Origin: Spizellomyces punctatus DAOM BR117
Lineage: Eukaryota
Assembly (NCBI GenBank): GCA_000182565.2
Contig: KQ257465.1
Length of the DNA stretch: 64,000 nucleotides
Strand: one strand, 5' to 3'
Both the position numbers and the translations under genes were made by a program. The notes below the pieces were generated by a model. It saw only the letters and a list, made by a program, of their open reading frames with translations, had not been told where the DNA came from and made no database searches. This document shows positions 1-13,403 of this stretch, piece after piece. How positions within the stretch are numbered: position 1 is the first letter of the stretch; each line of letters starts with the position of its first letter.

Positions 1-646
<646 letters not shown>

Positions 647-2503
647 GAACTCCTTGTTCTGGCATCGAAACCACCACAACTGCTCGACTACTTGCGCTAT
701 GAACGTCTGCTACTGTTTTGTATTTACCTATGAGGACGCCATATATATATATATACATATGAATATCCTTGAAGCGGTTAATTCTCCCCAGGACGATGGA
801 AGTATGAGCACAGTCGTGTGGATCTCTAAGTGCGAGCGCAGACCATCATGATCACAAGTTCAAAGGTTCTCCCGACCAGTGTAAGTAGTGGATCAAGGGA
901 TCTAAAAGCTCTATAGCAAAATCCACGGTGGATATCCTCCAGAGTACCTCAATATTACATTCCACAATCTCCTTTGTATTTCTCTGTAACACACGTTGGT
1001 CAAATAACGGATAACCCTGCAGCGCTGACCTGACAATCAGATTCTTTTCTATCCATTCTCCGCTGAGCTTTTGCAACGGTACCGACAAGCGTATCGAACC
1101 TCAGCTGGTCGATAACATGCTGGGTCAAAAACGCCGTAAAGATAGAGTGGGGAGAATAAATTCCTCAGGGACGGAACATCAGCCGCATCACTGTGTGAAG
1201 GTATGAGCCTGTATCAAGCTTTGGCATGTTTTTCCTAAAGGATTTAATGTCCACGTCATCCCTGGTATGTTCCCAGTCCAAGTTAAGCACTGCTGCTTCC
1301 TAGACACATGTGTTATGTCTTCGGTGAGTTGCGGACTAACAAAAGGTCCCACTCTTTGATGTCCACACATATGAGAGTTTGCTAGTTTATCCTGAGTACC
1401 GTGCCATGAAGGTTGCCTTAGACTCTCACGGCTGAATAGAGCGGTATTGCAAGCCATTCTTCGCTATTGACTAGTTAATCGAAGTTTCCGACTCATAGCT
1501 CCCAGTAGCTCATAACAATCTTGGGTTGGATGCTGCTTTGAGACACCTGACGTCAAGCTAAACCGATATTGATGCCTTTCGAGAAAGTCAGAAATGGTCC
1601 ACCGGTTCTAGGGGCTCGATGACAAAGTAGTAATTTCCGGTTGCGGTGTTTCCTGTCCCCTTTAGGTACTGGATCGAAACGAACTTTATTTGCCAGCCCA
1701 GCAGGGTGAGTGGCATCTAAAAGTCGGAGGGTGGCCCATTCCACCTATACCGGTTAGCGTAAGTTGAATACAAAAGTGTATTCAACTGGAGTACCAATTT
1801 TGTTGAGGGGGTTAAGTTTAATTATGCAGTTGCTTCCAAAACCGTACCGTTTCCGTTACTTATCACGAAAATGCCGATCTTCACAGAGGTGACTTCAGCC
1901 TCGCAGCTTTGGAATCACGATCAATGACAAACTACCTGTAGAACAATATTGCTTACCTTACCGCAAGTAAGCAGGGACGGAAATGCGCAAGTATACACGT
2001 TCGGATCTTCTTTAAAAAATCAATTCCGTTAGTTGACTGGTGCTCCAAACATGACAGTCTTTCCAAATAGGATATTATTGGGGGAGAAGAAAAGTTAATA
2101 GCAAGCGATTCGCTACGCATTTTCCATAAGCGCAATACAACGATTCGGGCGGTCTTTGCAGAGGCGGAATGGCCGTTGCGCACAAAGACAGCATGTAGAG
2201 TGGTGCATCGTCCATAAGCCCACTTGAATTCAGATGAGCCGCGATTTTAGTGAGTTGCACCACACATTCGCGAATTCTTACGAGGCCCATCTTCGCCACT
2301 TCTGGCGTGATGAGCAGGGGCTACGAGAAAAATGGACCTAAAGAAGTCAACGGTACTCCCGAAAAGAGGAAAGTACAATAACGTTGATTCAAGATAAGCA
2401 TATGCTGACTATATATATTTAGTTCCTATTCAGTTGAGAATGCAGTCAGCCTTTACTGCTACTCGCATTTGGCCAGTGGTCAGTAATTCGCTCACCTAAG
2501 ACT

Positions 2504-4002
<1,499 letters not shown>

Positions 4003-4356
4003 TCAACTAGGCTTTGATTGCCCACCAAAATCGCTACGGATTGGGAGTAAATGCGGGTTGAATCTTGGACAAAGAAGCAACTCTGAGCATTCTTTCTCCT
4101 GAGATGCCCACGTTATTCCTGTATCAGTGGCCCGCAATGCCTAATTGCTTGCTCGACCACACGCTGAACTGCCAGCGTGAGGTTCTGATCATTGCGGAAA
4201 AATAATCTGGAATATGTCGGGTGGCTTCTTGCGTCCTACAGAGGCTACTCATAATTGCAGCCAGTACATGTTAATAGGTGTTCCTTGTCATCTCCAATGC
4301 TGCTGGGAGTGAAGCATTCCATCACAACGACGGCTGCTTGGTCACGTGCCGGTTCC

Positions 4357-4374
4357 TTAGGGTTAGGGTTAAGG
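4357..4374 (+). repeat. Short telomere-like tract TTAGGG TTAGGG TTAAGG in a promoter
   Basis: Read directly; lies between GTCACGTG (4341) and TATAAAA (~4417). Confidence 0.6.
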
Positions 4375-4458
4375 CGTGTGAAAAATGTTCAAGATTCAAA
4401 TGTAGCCGTCATATGTTATAAAAAAACAATCCCATCCTATATATGTCTTTCCGGAACG

Positions 4459-5568
4459 ATGAAATTTCAGGCAAACGTCAGCTCGCGGAAAGGCCTCATC
4501 TTTGGTCTCACATTTCTTGGACTCTTGGCCTTTGCCAGTATTCCCCATTCCTTTCATCACCTTCGATCAGTCAGAGAGGACACATTTTGTGGACCCGCCG
4601 TATGGGCAATTAACGACGAAAGCGCCGTCTGCAATGCGGCAAGCCAGGCAGCTATTCGGCAACTTGCGGTAACTGTATCCAAGCTGGCTGCTCCTGCAAA
4701 GATTGAGCATGCATGTGAGATCAAGAGGTTCGGCAGTGGTTGGGGAGGTGTGTATCTGCTTGTTAAATATATGGGGGTGAATGGGTCCTAAGGTCATGCT
4801 TGGCACTCCAGAACACCAGCTTTGTAATAAACCTCCGAGTGCCCAGTCTGGATGCGTATTTTACTCGTTCGGCATTGATCAAGACTACAGCTTCGACCTA
4901 CACCTGTCAAAGGATTGGAACTGTCGTGGCTGTCAGTGAGCTCATTCAACGTTATATTGGGAGCCACATACTAACGAATATCTCTACAGTTATGTTGGAC
5001 CCGACGGTCGCCCACCCAGCAAGAATTGGTAACAATCTCTACTTTTTCTCGATTGGTGCCACGTTACTGCAGGAGAAGGATTTAGGAGGGGCAGGATCTG
5101 CCATGAGGGGAACCGCTGCTAATAAATGGCAAATCACATCGCTGCCTGAATTGAAGCGGTGGCTTGGGCACAAGCATATTAATGTGCTTAAAATGGACTG
5201 TGAAGGGTGTACGTTGATAATTGTTCGTTTGCGCGTTCCCTGATTCTATCCCTAAGGTTCACTCTCTCCCAGGCGAGTATGCGCTAGCTAGGGACATAGC
5301 AAAGCAAGATCCTACCTTTTTCCACAATGTCGATCAGCTGGCCATCGAAATTCACATTTCAAAAGCCTGGATCAAAACGGATCGTCATCTGCACTACTTG
5401 GGACTTCTCTACCATATGCTGAAAGTCGCTGGACTCCACCTTATTTCTTCGGACATTACGCCTTGTATGGCTGTAGATGAGGCACCGGGATGTCCAGAGT
5501 TTCTTGTAGAAGCAGGTTATCCGTGTGGGCCAAAAAAAATGTGCCACAACTACTTGTTTAGCAGATAG
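4459..5568 (+). CDS. Type II membrane SAM-dependent methyltransferase (Methyltransf_22 / METTL24 / FkbM-like), multi-exon
   Basis: N-terminal TM (GLIFGLTFLGLLAFASI); spliced KRFGSGWG|EHQLC...CVFYSFGIDQDYSFD, HINVLKMDCEG, VDQLAIEIH. Confidence 0.8.
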
Positions 5569-6380
5569 AGATAGATAGATGGAATAGTGATAGGATACAC
5601 ATTTTTCCCCATTAATATCACGTGGTGATTAAATTCATCTTAAGCAACCGATTACAGCTGGACTGAAGCATACAGTGGCCGACTCGTTTGAGATGTGACT
5701 TTGGGACCGACACTCACTAGTATGCTTTGCAGAGCGCACAGCATCCGGTAGACGATGAATGGAGCTACGGAATCAGCATTGGGGGCCTCGCCTCAATTGA
5801 GAATGTGCAAAACGCGAAAACTACAATCGGCGAGAGCGGTCGTTTCTGCCAAAGAACATGGCCTGCGTTTCCTTGATTTACGATCTTGTCTTGCATACAA
5901 ACATCACTGCCTTGTGGCGAAGAATCTGAACGACGGTTTCAAACTTGCAATAGTCGATGCATCCAAATGGGCTGTGAGGCATCATCGTTTGGAATCCTCA
6001 CCGCTCATAAAGTGTGTGCTGCGCCTCCCGTTAAATCAGGCATAGCCACGAAAGTCGAGGGCTGAGTCAAGAAAACAGCCGTCCGAAATCACGTCCGAAC
6101 GCAAGGGACACAACTTGTACTCCATCAACAAACGACTACAACCGCATTTTCATCCCCCTTCCCTTCTTCCTTGGACTCAGCCCACGAGAAGAAACAGTTT
6201 TGCCATTTTACTCAGCAAGCAGGAAAGGAGGTGAAATCCCATAGCAACAAACCAACACACACAGACAATCTGCTTTGGGGTTGCTGTGCAAAAAGGCAAA
6301 AAAAAAATGTTCACAGGAAGGGGGGCGGATTATTGGGGCTTGGCCTTTCCCCCCACCACCCCTTTGTCCTTCTGGGTTTC

Positions 6381-6387
6381 TATAAAA
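6381..6387 (+). promoter_or_regulatory. TATA box of the Tyr-rich secreted protein gene
   Basis: TATAAAA followed by a pyrimidine/CA-rich leader ~140 nt before ATG 6523. Confidence 0.6.
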
Positions 6388-6522
6388 GCAACGCTGCCTT
6401 TGGTTCCTTCCCATTTCAGTACACAGCAGCAGTAGCAGTAGCAACAGCAACACACACACACAACAACAAATCATCCCTTCTCTCCTCCTCCTCTTCACCC
6501 CTCCCAAACCTATAACACAATC

Positions 6523-7814
6523 ATGCGTGCTATTCTCGCCGCCGCCCTTCTCGCCACCGCCGTATCGGCTGCGCCATCCCGCTACTCGTCCAACAACTAC
6601 GGCTACCAAGAGCACTACGAGCCATGCAAACATGCTGTATGTATTGGACTGTCAGATGCAATCAGTGCTTGCTATCATTGCTGACATTATTGTGGTTTCA
6701 TTAGCAAAAGCAGACTTGGTGGGACAATAATGGTGTAGAGTACGGATGGGACAACTACGCCAACAAGGCTTGCTTGGTCGTCAAGGAGCACAATTACTAC
6801 AACGACTATAAGCAGGACTACCACAACGATTACAAGCACAATGAGTACAAGAACGATTACAAGAACGATTACAAGAACGACTACAAGAACGACTACAAGA
6901 ACGACTACAAGTCGCACAACTCGTACTTTGCACCCGCCGTTCGTCCCTACTACGCTGCACCATACGCGGCCAACAGCTACGAGTCTTACTGCGATGCCAA
7001 ATACCAGGACAAGAGCTACAACGAGTGCAATGAGTCTTACGAATACGCCAAGAAGAACTACTGCAAACAGTACGGTTCCAGCGGAACCAAGCACGGTGAT
7101 TGTATCACGGAGCTTTCCAAGAAGAAGGACGAGTGCGTCAAGTCGATTGACCACCACAAGTCTTACTGCTGGGACAAAAAGTACCTTCCAGAGGGAGGTT
7201 ACTACGAGACTCCCAAGAACGACTATTACGAAGAACCCAAGAAGGATTACTACGAGGAACCCAAGAAGGACTACTACGAAGAGCCCAAGAAGGATTACTA
7301 CGAAGAGCCCAAGAAGGACTACTACGAAGCTCCCAAGAACGACTACAAACAGGACTACTACGAGGCCCCAAAGAGTTCTTACCTGCGCCACCCTGCTGCA
7401 TACGAGCAACCTAAGCAGGACTACTACAAGCCTGAAAACCAATACTACGAAGCCCCCAAGCAGTCTTACTACGAAGAGCCCAAGAAGGACTACTACGAAG
7501 AACCCAAGAAGGACTACTACGAAGAGCCCAAGAAGGACTACTACGAGGCGCCCAAGAAGGACTACTACGAGGCGCCCAAGAAGGACTACTACGAGGCGCC
7601 CAAGCAACACTACGAGGGCGGCAAGACCTACGACTGCTCTAGCGCCAAACATTACTTCGACTCTACGGGCTCCCCTACTTTGAAGCAATGCGCATCCCTT
7701 GCTTGCAGCCCTGGCCAGACTTCCGACTACATCCAGCGTGCATTATACCAATGCTATGCACTTGAACAGGCTGCCAAGCGCAACAACGGTGGCTACCTTC
7801 CCAAGGGATGGTAA
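6523..7814 (+). CDS. Secreted Tyr/Lys/Asp/Glu-rich repeat protein (~407 aa); exons 6523-6636 and 6705-7814
   Basis: Signal peptide MRAILAAALLATAVSA; GTATGT..CTGAC..TAG intron joins in frame; KNDY and EEPKKDYY arrays; strong TAC/AAG/GAC codon bias. Confidence 0.88.
7213..7605 (+). repeat. Coding 24-nt tandem repeats (E[EA]PKKDYY) in two arrays; 12-nt KNDY array at ~6849-6911
   Basis: Repeated gaagagcccaagaaggactactac units visible in the sequence. Confidence 0.95.
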
Positions 7815-8189
7815 ATAGGTTATTCTGCTGAGCGAGATGCAAGGGTGGATGTAAATACTGTTGGATAACCGGTTAGTGGATCTTATGTAAAGTGGGTCGT
7901 GCTTTGGGCAAGCTAGAGTGTCGGCTAGTGAAGTTAGACATGAAGTGGACGGACATTGGAGGAAATGGCTCTTTCTGTGTTATTGTTCTCTACCACTGTT
8001 GTAAAGTGGCCCAATGTTGGAAAGTTTCCAAATACACATTCTTTTTTCTATTTGAACATATTGCGCAACCAACACTAGAGTATGCTTCATCCTGTGACAA
8101 CGAGCTGCGATTATAAGGTTTGTGCCGGAAGTCTCCTGGCATGCTTTAATTTCCTTCATACCAATTCTACATGGATTGGAAACAACATC

Positions 8190-9301
8190 CTACAAGTCGG
8201 GCCACCCATATGACTCGTTATTCTCAACACATATTGCGCCGAGACCCGAATCCCCAACATACTTTTCTGGTCCCAAATCCTCAATCTTATATCCGCCCTT
8301 GTAGACACCAGTACCGTTCAAGTCCCATTGCGGAAAGTATCGTCCTTCACTCATGCCCAAAGGTGTTCTCCGGGAAACTCGTATCCTTGGTAGCATCAGC
8401 CATCCTACGAAAATCCCATGTAGCTTGGCAATGCCGCGAACAAATGATTTGTAGATTGGATTTGGTTCTGGGAATCCCATGGCGACTCGAAGTCGCTTAT
8501 CGCATAGGGAATGAAGTGCGGGGCGAATAACCGGCTGAAGAAAGCGCGGGTACCGGTTTAAAAAGAGTTTGAATGTAGCATTGGCGAGGATGACGTTGCG
8601 TGGTAGAGGATGCATATATTTAGTCTCATATTCTTCCACCAATCTTTCCATTTCATTGTAGGAATGCGGCATGTGTTGGAGACCCATTTTGATCCCGATT
8701 TGGGTCCAATACCTATATGTCGCCTGGACGAAGGAGATACTTGAGTATGCAGCCTTTTTGGGCTTCGGTTTAAAAAACTATTGGTTACCTCCTTCTCAAC
8801 TTCGTCCAACCCTCTCCATCCGTATTTGCTAACCCATGTTGCCGGCTGTGTAATGAACAGCGCAAGAGTATAGACAAAATCCGTGTTATCAATTGTGTAT
8901 TTGCCATGTAAATAGTTCATTCTTTTCAATGCCAGCACCGCTCGATCTGTGTCCAATATATTCTCTGTAAATTCCCTGATAAGAAGCTCAGTGTCATCGT
9001 ACCGCCGCGGACACCTATGCACAAGTTCTCCCGTCGCGATTAGCAATTTATTTGCTTCAACGCCATAGGTTCGAAACAAGGCAAACTCTAAAGCTATTTG
9101 GGAAAGGAAGGGCAAGTCTCTGTTTGCAAAGAAGGAGAGACCTTGGTGGGCCCATTTTATGTCCCGCTTCTCGGGGGGAACCACTTTGAGGGTTCGAAGG
9201 TGTTTTCTGACTATGTAGAGGCGGATTAAGCGGACAGACGTAATGTATAGGGTGAGTGTGAGAGCAAGACGGCCAAGGAACCCCGAAGAAACAGCCATCA
9301 T
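8190..9301 (-). CDS. ER-bound oxygenase MpaB/Lcp-like (DUF2236-type) protein; intron 8724-8788
   Basis: N-terminal TM; ALEFALFRTYG, RRYDDTELL, ALKRMNYLHGKYTIDNTDFVYTLALF, GWRGL, LRVAMGFPEP, GYKIEDLGP. Confidence 0.85.
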
Positions 9302-9653
9302 GTTGACGAATGCCGATGGACCCTGTCGACTTTGGGCCCACAAAGCCGCAGATAAGCAAACGGCCGTGTGGCTTGTGCTGAGCGCGCGTGCGCAGTCGGC
9401 AGCGTCAATCTGCGTTAGCTGACAGTTTTCCAACTGTAATGTCGATGAAAGAGGAAAAAACAAAAAAAATATATATCAATCACATAGATGTTTGAGCAGA
9501 TATCCAGCTCTATAAGTAAAATGTCTATACATCGACAGAAGATGGCAGACAAAGCAACATAAATCAGTCATATTAGAAGCTGGCGCAGATGTACGCAATA
9601 ACAAATGATGATCCCATATAAAACGCCCTTCAACACCACCACCATGCTAGGAT

Positions 9654-10490
9654 CTATTCCTTCACATAATCTGGCACCGACACCGCCGACCAACTACTCT
9701 CGGTCCTCGAGAGCACGGAGGCAACATCTTCATCCACAGACGGTACATCCGTGAGGGAAACCATGGACTGCCCATCATAGTCCGCTTCGGAAAGGGTTGG
9801 TGGGAGACAAGGTGTTGGCTGGATCGTTGGTGATATGTCCGTACCAACAAAGGAGCTGGTATCTGGCTGTGCGGATGACACATGGAGATTTTGATCGGGC
9901 CTGGTTTTACCAGATTCCATAAAGATGCGAATCTGTTCTTCTTTCCAGCCTAAATCTGCCAGTTCTTGTTGGAGGGCGGAGCGTTTGGAAATCAATTGTT
10001 GCTTGAGGGTTTGGATGGAGGATTGGAGTGTGGTTGTCGAGTCTGTGCTGTCAGAATCTGTATCGCTGTCGGCTTCGTTGGTAGTGTCCGCGGGGGGGTT
10101 TAGATTCGATAAATTAAGTCCAGGTTCATGAAAATTGGTGAAAAGTGGGTGGAGAGAAGGGATGTCATGCTGCACAACAGGCTCGTCAGAGCGCTGCAGT
10201 TCTGGCTCCACTTCTTCTTCAAGGTTTCGTACTTTTCTCTTTCGTAGTTCTACTTCCTCCCTAGAGTTCGAGCCTCCTCTTTCCTCCTCTTCCCGCGGCT
10301 TGTCTTCACTCGTCTTTCGCCCGAACCCATTGCGCTCATTGCTCCTCGACTCATTTCTAGAATCACCACTCCTCGACTCGTGCCCTGACTCAAACCATTG
10401 ACTATTCAAACGAATAATCTCTAACCCGACAATAACAAGAACAGTTACGATACTTCCGGCGCCGAGAGCTGCGAGAAGGCCACGCATCAT
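9654..10490 (-). CDS. Hypothetical protein with N-terminal membrane anchor, short coiled coil and Ser/acidic disordered regions
   Basis: Uninterrupted ORF; hydrophobic LLAALGAGSIVTVLVIVGLEII; LQSSIQTLKQQL heptads. Confidence 0.7.
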   Translation of the reverse strand: MMRGLLAALGAGSIVTVLVIVGLEIIRLNSQWFESGHESRSGDSRNESRSNERNGFGRKTSEDKPREEEERGGSNSREEVELRKRKVRNLEEEVEPELQRSDEPVVQHDIPSLHPLFTNFHEPGLNLSNLNPPADTTNEADSDTDSDSTDSTTTLQSSIQTLKQQLISKRSALQQELADLGWKEEQIRIFMESGKTRPDQNLHVSSAQPDTSSFVGTDISPTIQPTPCLPPTLSEADYDGQSMVSLTDVPSVDEDVASVLSRTESSWSAVSVPDYVKE

Positions 10491-11370
10491 TATATGGTGT
10501 GTAAGAGAGGAGCAGGTAGATATTAGCAGAAACGTCAAGATATGGCGGCGGTGTCTGGTGACTCACGTGAAACTATTACGTAAACAAACCCGCAACAATC
10601 TCATCCTGTTGACTATGGAGACGGTAAGTCCTCCAAATCCAATACACCGTGCCCGATAGGAATCACTTGGTGTTAACAACTCCAAAATTCCAGGCAAGCA
10701 GATTCGCCCCCAGTGTACTGGCTTGCAGGCGATCCAAGTCATTCGAATTCATTCTTTAAAATTCAGGAATATAATGTAAATTTTCTGACGTTGCGAGCAT
10801 TGGCAGCCCAACTCCAGTGTGTCAAGCAACTGTCGCTGCAGTCTCAAATATTAGTTCTCCCCATTTTCATCAATCTCCATGTCCATGTTTTACTTTCCGT
10901 AGCTTTGCATTGACGGATCGGTTTAATTTTACCCTTCGGCGTTAACATGAATCGTATGTTTGCATTGCTATTGTTTTCCAGGAACTGGCTCCAGTAGGTT
11001 ATCGGAATGAATGGCAAACTGAAAATCTGAGATCTAAATAACAAATAAATATCCTCGAATTTCCTAATTACAAACCATTCCCTAAATCTGGAACGAATGC
11101 GAGATCGGAGCGTAGATCTGCGCGGAATGGGAGACAATAGACGCGATTCAGTGCCAGGTGATGATAGCAAACCTTAACGAGAAGCATCAATATTTATATT
11201 TAGACCGCGGGTCAGTTGAGCCGGCGCATGGGTCCCGGAAAGTGTTACTCTGGCGTTTGGATTTCAGGATCATTAGCACTAAAAGGGGCTTTGAGTTGCG
11301 TTAGACGTACTCTTGTGTTTTTCCGTCACTTACCTTGCCCGCGTTCTTTCTCTGAGCTCCGTTTCGTGCC

Positions 11371-13065
11371 ATGTCAGACTTGAACCAGACCGATGTATTC
11401 AATTTGGTATGAATATCATTAGATACTTGCTGCTGTGGGGGCGGGGCGCATTCGCTAAACTCCTCTTTCAAATGTACCTAGTGGTTCTCACCAGAGTGGT
11501 GCGACTGGCGATGTAAGTTCATGCAGTTTCTTTCATGCGCGGCTGCCAAAGTTTAACTGTTGCTACAGGGCGGATATCAGGATGCAACGATGAATCGCTG
11601 TGGAAAATTGTCTACATTGGTACGCTATCCTACCAACGTCAGAAGCAGCAAGACTCGAGACTCGCTACTTACGTTGTTTGGATTATCTATTTTAGGCCAC
11701 ACAATTTGGGGACTGTTCGTCATGCGTAAGCCTTTCGCTCAAACGTACCAAAGTGCACGGAGGCCATATCCCATACTCATCACTTCAATTAGTGTTAGGC
11801 ATTGCCATTATTACCAGAAAAATTTACTTTAAACTCTGGAGGAAGGGTGGAAGCTTATTGAAGTTGTTAATGGGGGCTTCAAACCGCGTGCTGCTGAGGT
11901 ATTCATATTGGCAGCTACCCTGCATATGTTCGGTGAGTTGGAGTGACATCGTGTCTCTCTATGCCGGAGCTCATGCATTTGATGCTGCTTGTAGGAAGGG
12001 TGTTGTACACATCGATTGTTCTTGGAAATGGCTTTAAACGGCATTCTGTCATAGAATTTTTCGTAAGTTCACTTTTGACTCAATGTGTCGTGCGCCCTTC
12101 TTCTGATCCTTTTGGACGTTAGCATGAATGGCCATGGACGGTACTTTACGATGGAGGGGTACTGTTCAACATCGGAATGTAGGGACTAGCAATCATTTCC
12201 GTTTATAGACTTATAAGTAACACATCGCAAGCAGCATCTACGCAACACCACGGTTTAAAGTGACCCCCGGGGCCAGAGCATCAGGCATCGAGAAAGTTCG
12301 TCTCCCAGGGCCCCGAGCGCTCAACCTCATTACGGCAATCTACATCGTCATCCCATCGATAACTCTTTCCCTCTTTGCCATTCTCGACGGACACGCCAGG
12401 GACAATGGAAACTGGGAGCTAGCAGCAACCTATAATTCAATCCACTACGCCTTGTGGGGCACATACTGCTGGTCGTTGGCCGCTCTGTCGTCATATTTTG
12501 GAGTCAAGTTGACTATGTTGTTGGGGGCAAGTGCCAGTGGGGCTGTGGAGAAAACGGAGAGCCGCGGGGACTTCAGGAGGGCCATATTAACGGTATTTTA
12601 TTACTTCTCTGCGTGTTTTGATGCGTCGATTAACTCATAATCTTCGCACCAGCTCATCATAACCCTTTCTTGCACAATTGTCATCGAAGTGAGTTTTGCG
12701 CTCGTCCTCGTCTTTTACTCCATATTCCGCGAAAGTATGCACGTCCATCGATGGGTTTCTATTTGGATCGGACTTGTTTGGATATTAATTACGCCAGCCA
12801 TGTTGACTCCAATATTTGTTATGGTGGCATATGGGTGAGTCCATTAGTTTTTTTTCCTGATTCGTCTCGAAATCAAGATCTGATAAAGTCAATCAATAGA
12901 CTCATCAAAGACAAGCAAGAAAAAATGTCCCGCAATGCATCCACATCAGCCACATCTGGAAAATCCTCGAATGGGGGCAAATCTTCGGGAGCCCAAGCTT
13001 CTGAGGTGACGCCATCGACGGTTGTGGGGAGCCCACCTACGGACAGAATCATGAGTAGGGTTTAG
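11371..13065 (+). CDS. Multi-pass (probably 7-TM, GPCR-like) membrane protein with many short exons; internal boundaries approximate
   Basis: Spliced N-terminus MSDLNQTDVFNL|WFSPEWCDWRW|RISGCNDESLWKIVYI; several hydrophobic exons; Ser-rich tail ending DRIMSRV-TAG. Confidence 0.65.
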
Positions 13066-13403
13066 GAGTTAAGGAGAGGGATACCATTTAGGATATATAA
13101 GACTTTCTTCAGAAAATATACCCTTTTCGCAGCGTACATGTTCTTAGCTCATGAAAGTCTACTATGTAAGTGCTCCAACACCCTTGCAGATGCTTCCCAG
13201 CGCAGCGCAACGTCTACTCCTCTTTTTGGTGACGAGGTCTACTTAATCCTATTGAGAAATTGAGCAATACATCATACTTTGACGAACAATGGGGAACAAT
13301 TTAATGACTATAATATTGTCAGAATAAATATAATATAATCTATGATAATTACAAGTGAGTTTTTCACTGAAGACAATCTTCAACAACACCGAGTATATGC
13401 ACA

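Noticed and set aside
852-2299. Short minus-strand ORFs (852-1088, 1553-1744, 2075-2299)
   Set aside because: Could not be spliced into one frame and carry no recognisable motif; at most a decayed remnant
7213-7605. Regular 24-nt repeats as a possible CRISPR array
   Set aside because: No unique spacers; in-frame coding repeats in a eukaryotic gene
6687-7688. Long antisense and alternate-frame ORFs (poly-V/L 'membrane' protein; T/R-rich ORF 6841-7683)
   Set aside because: Shadows of the repetitive, codon-biased sense gene
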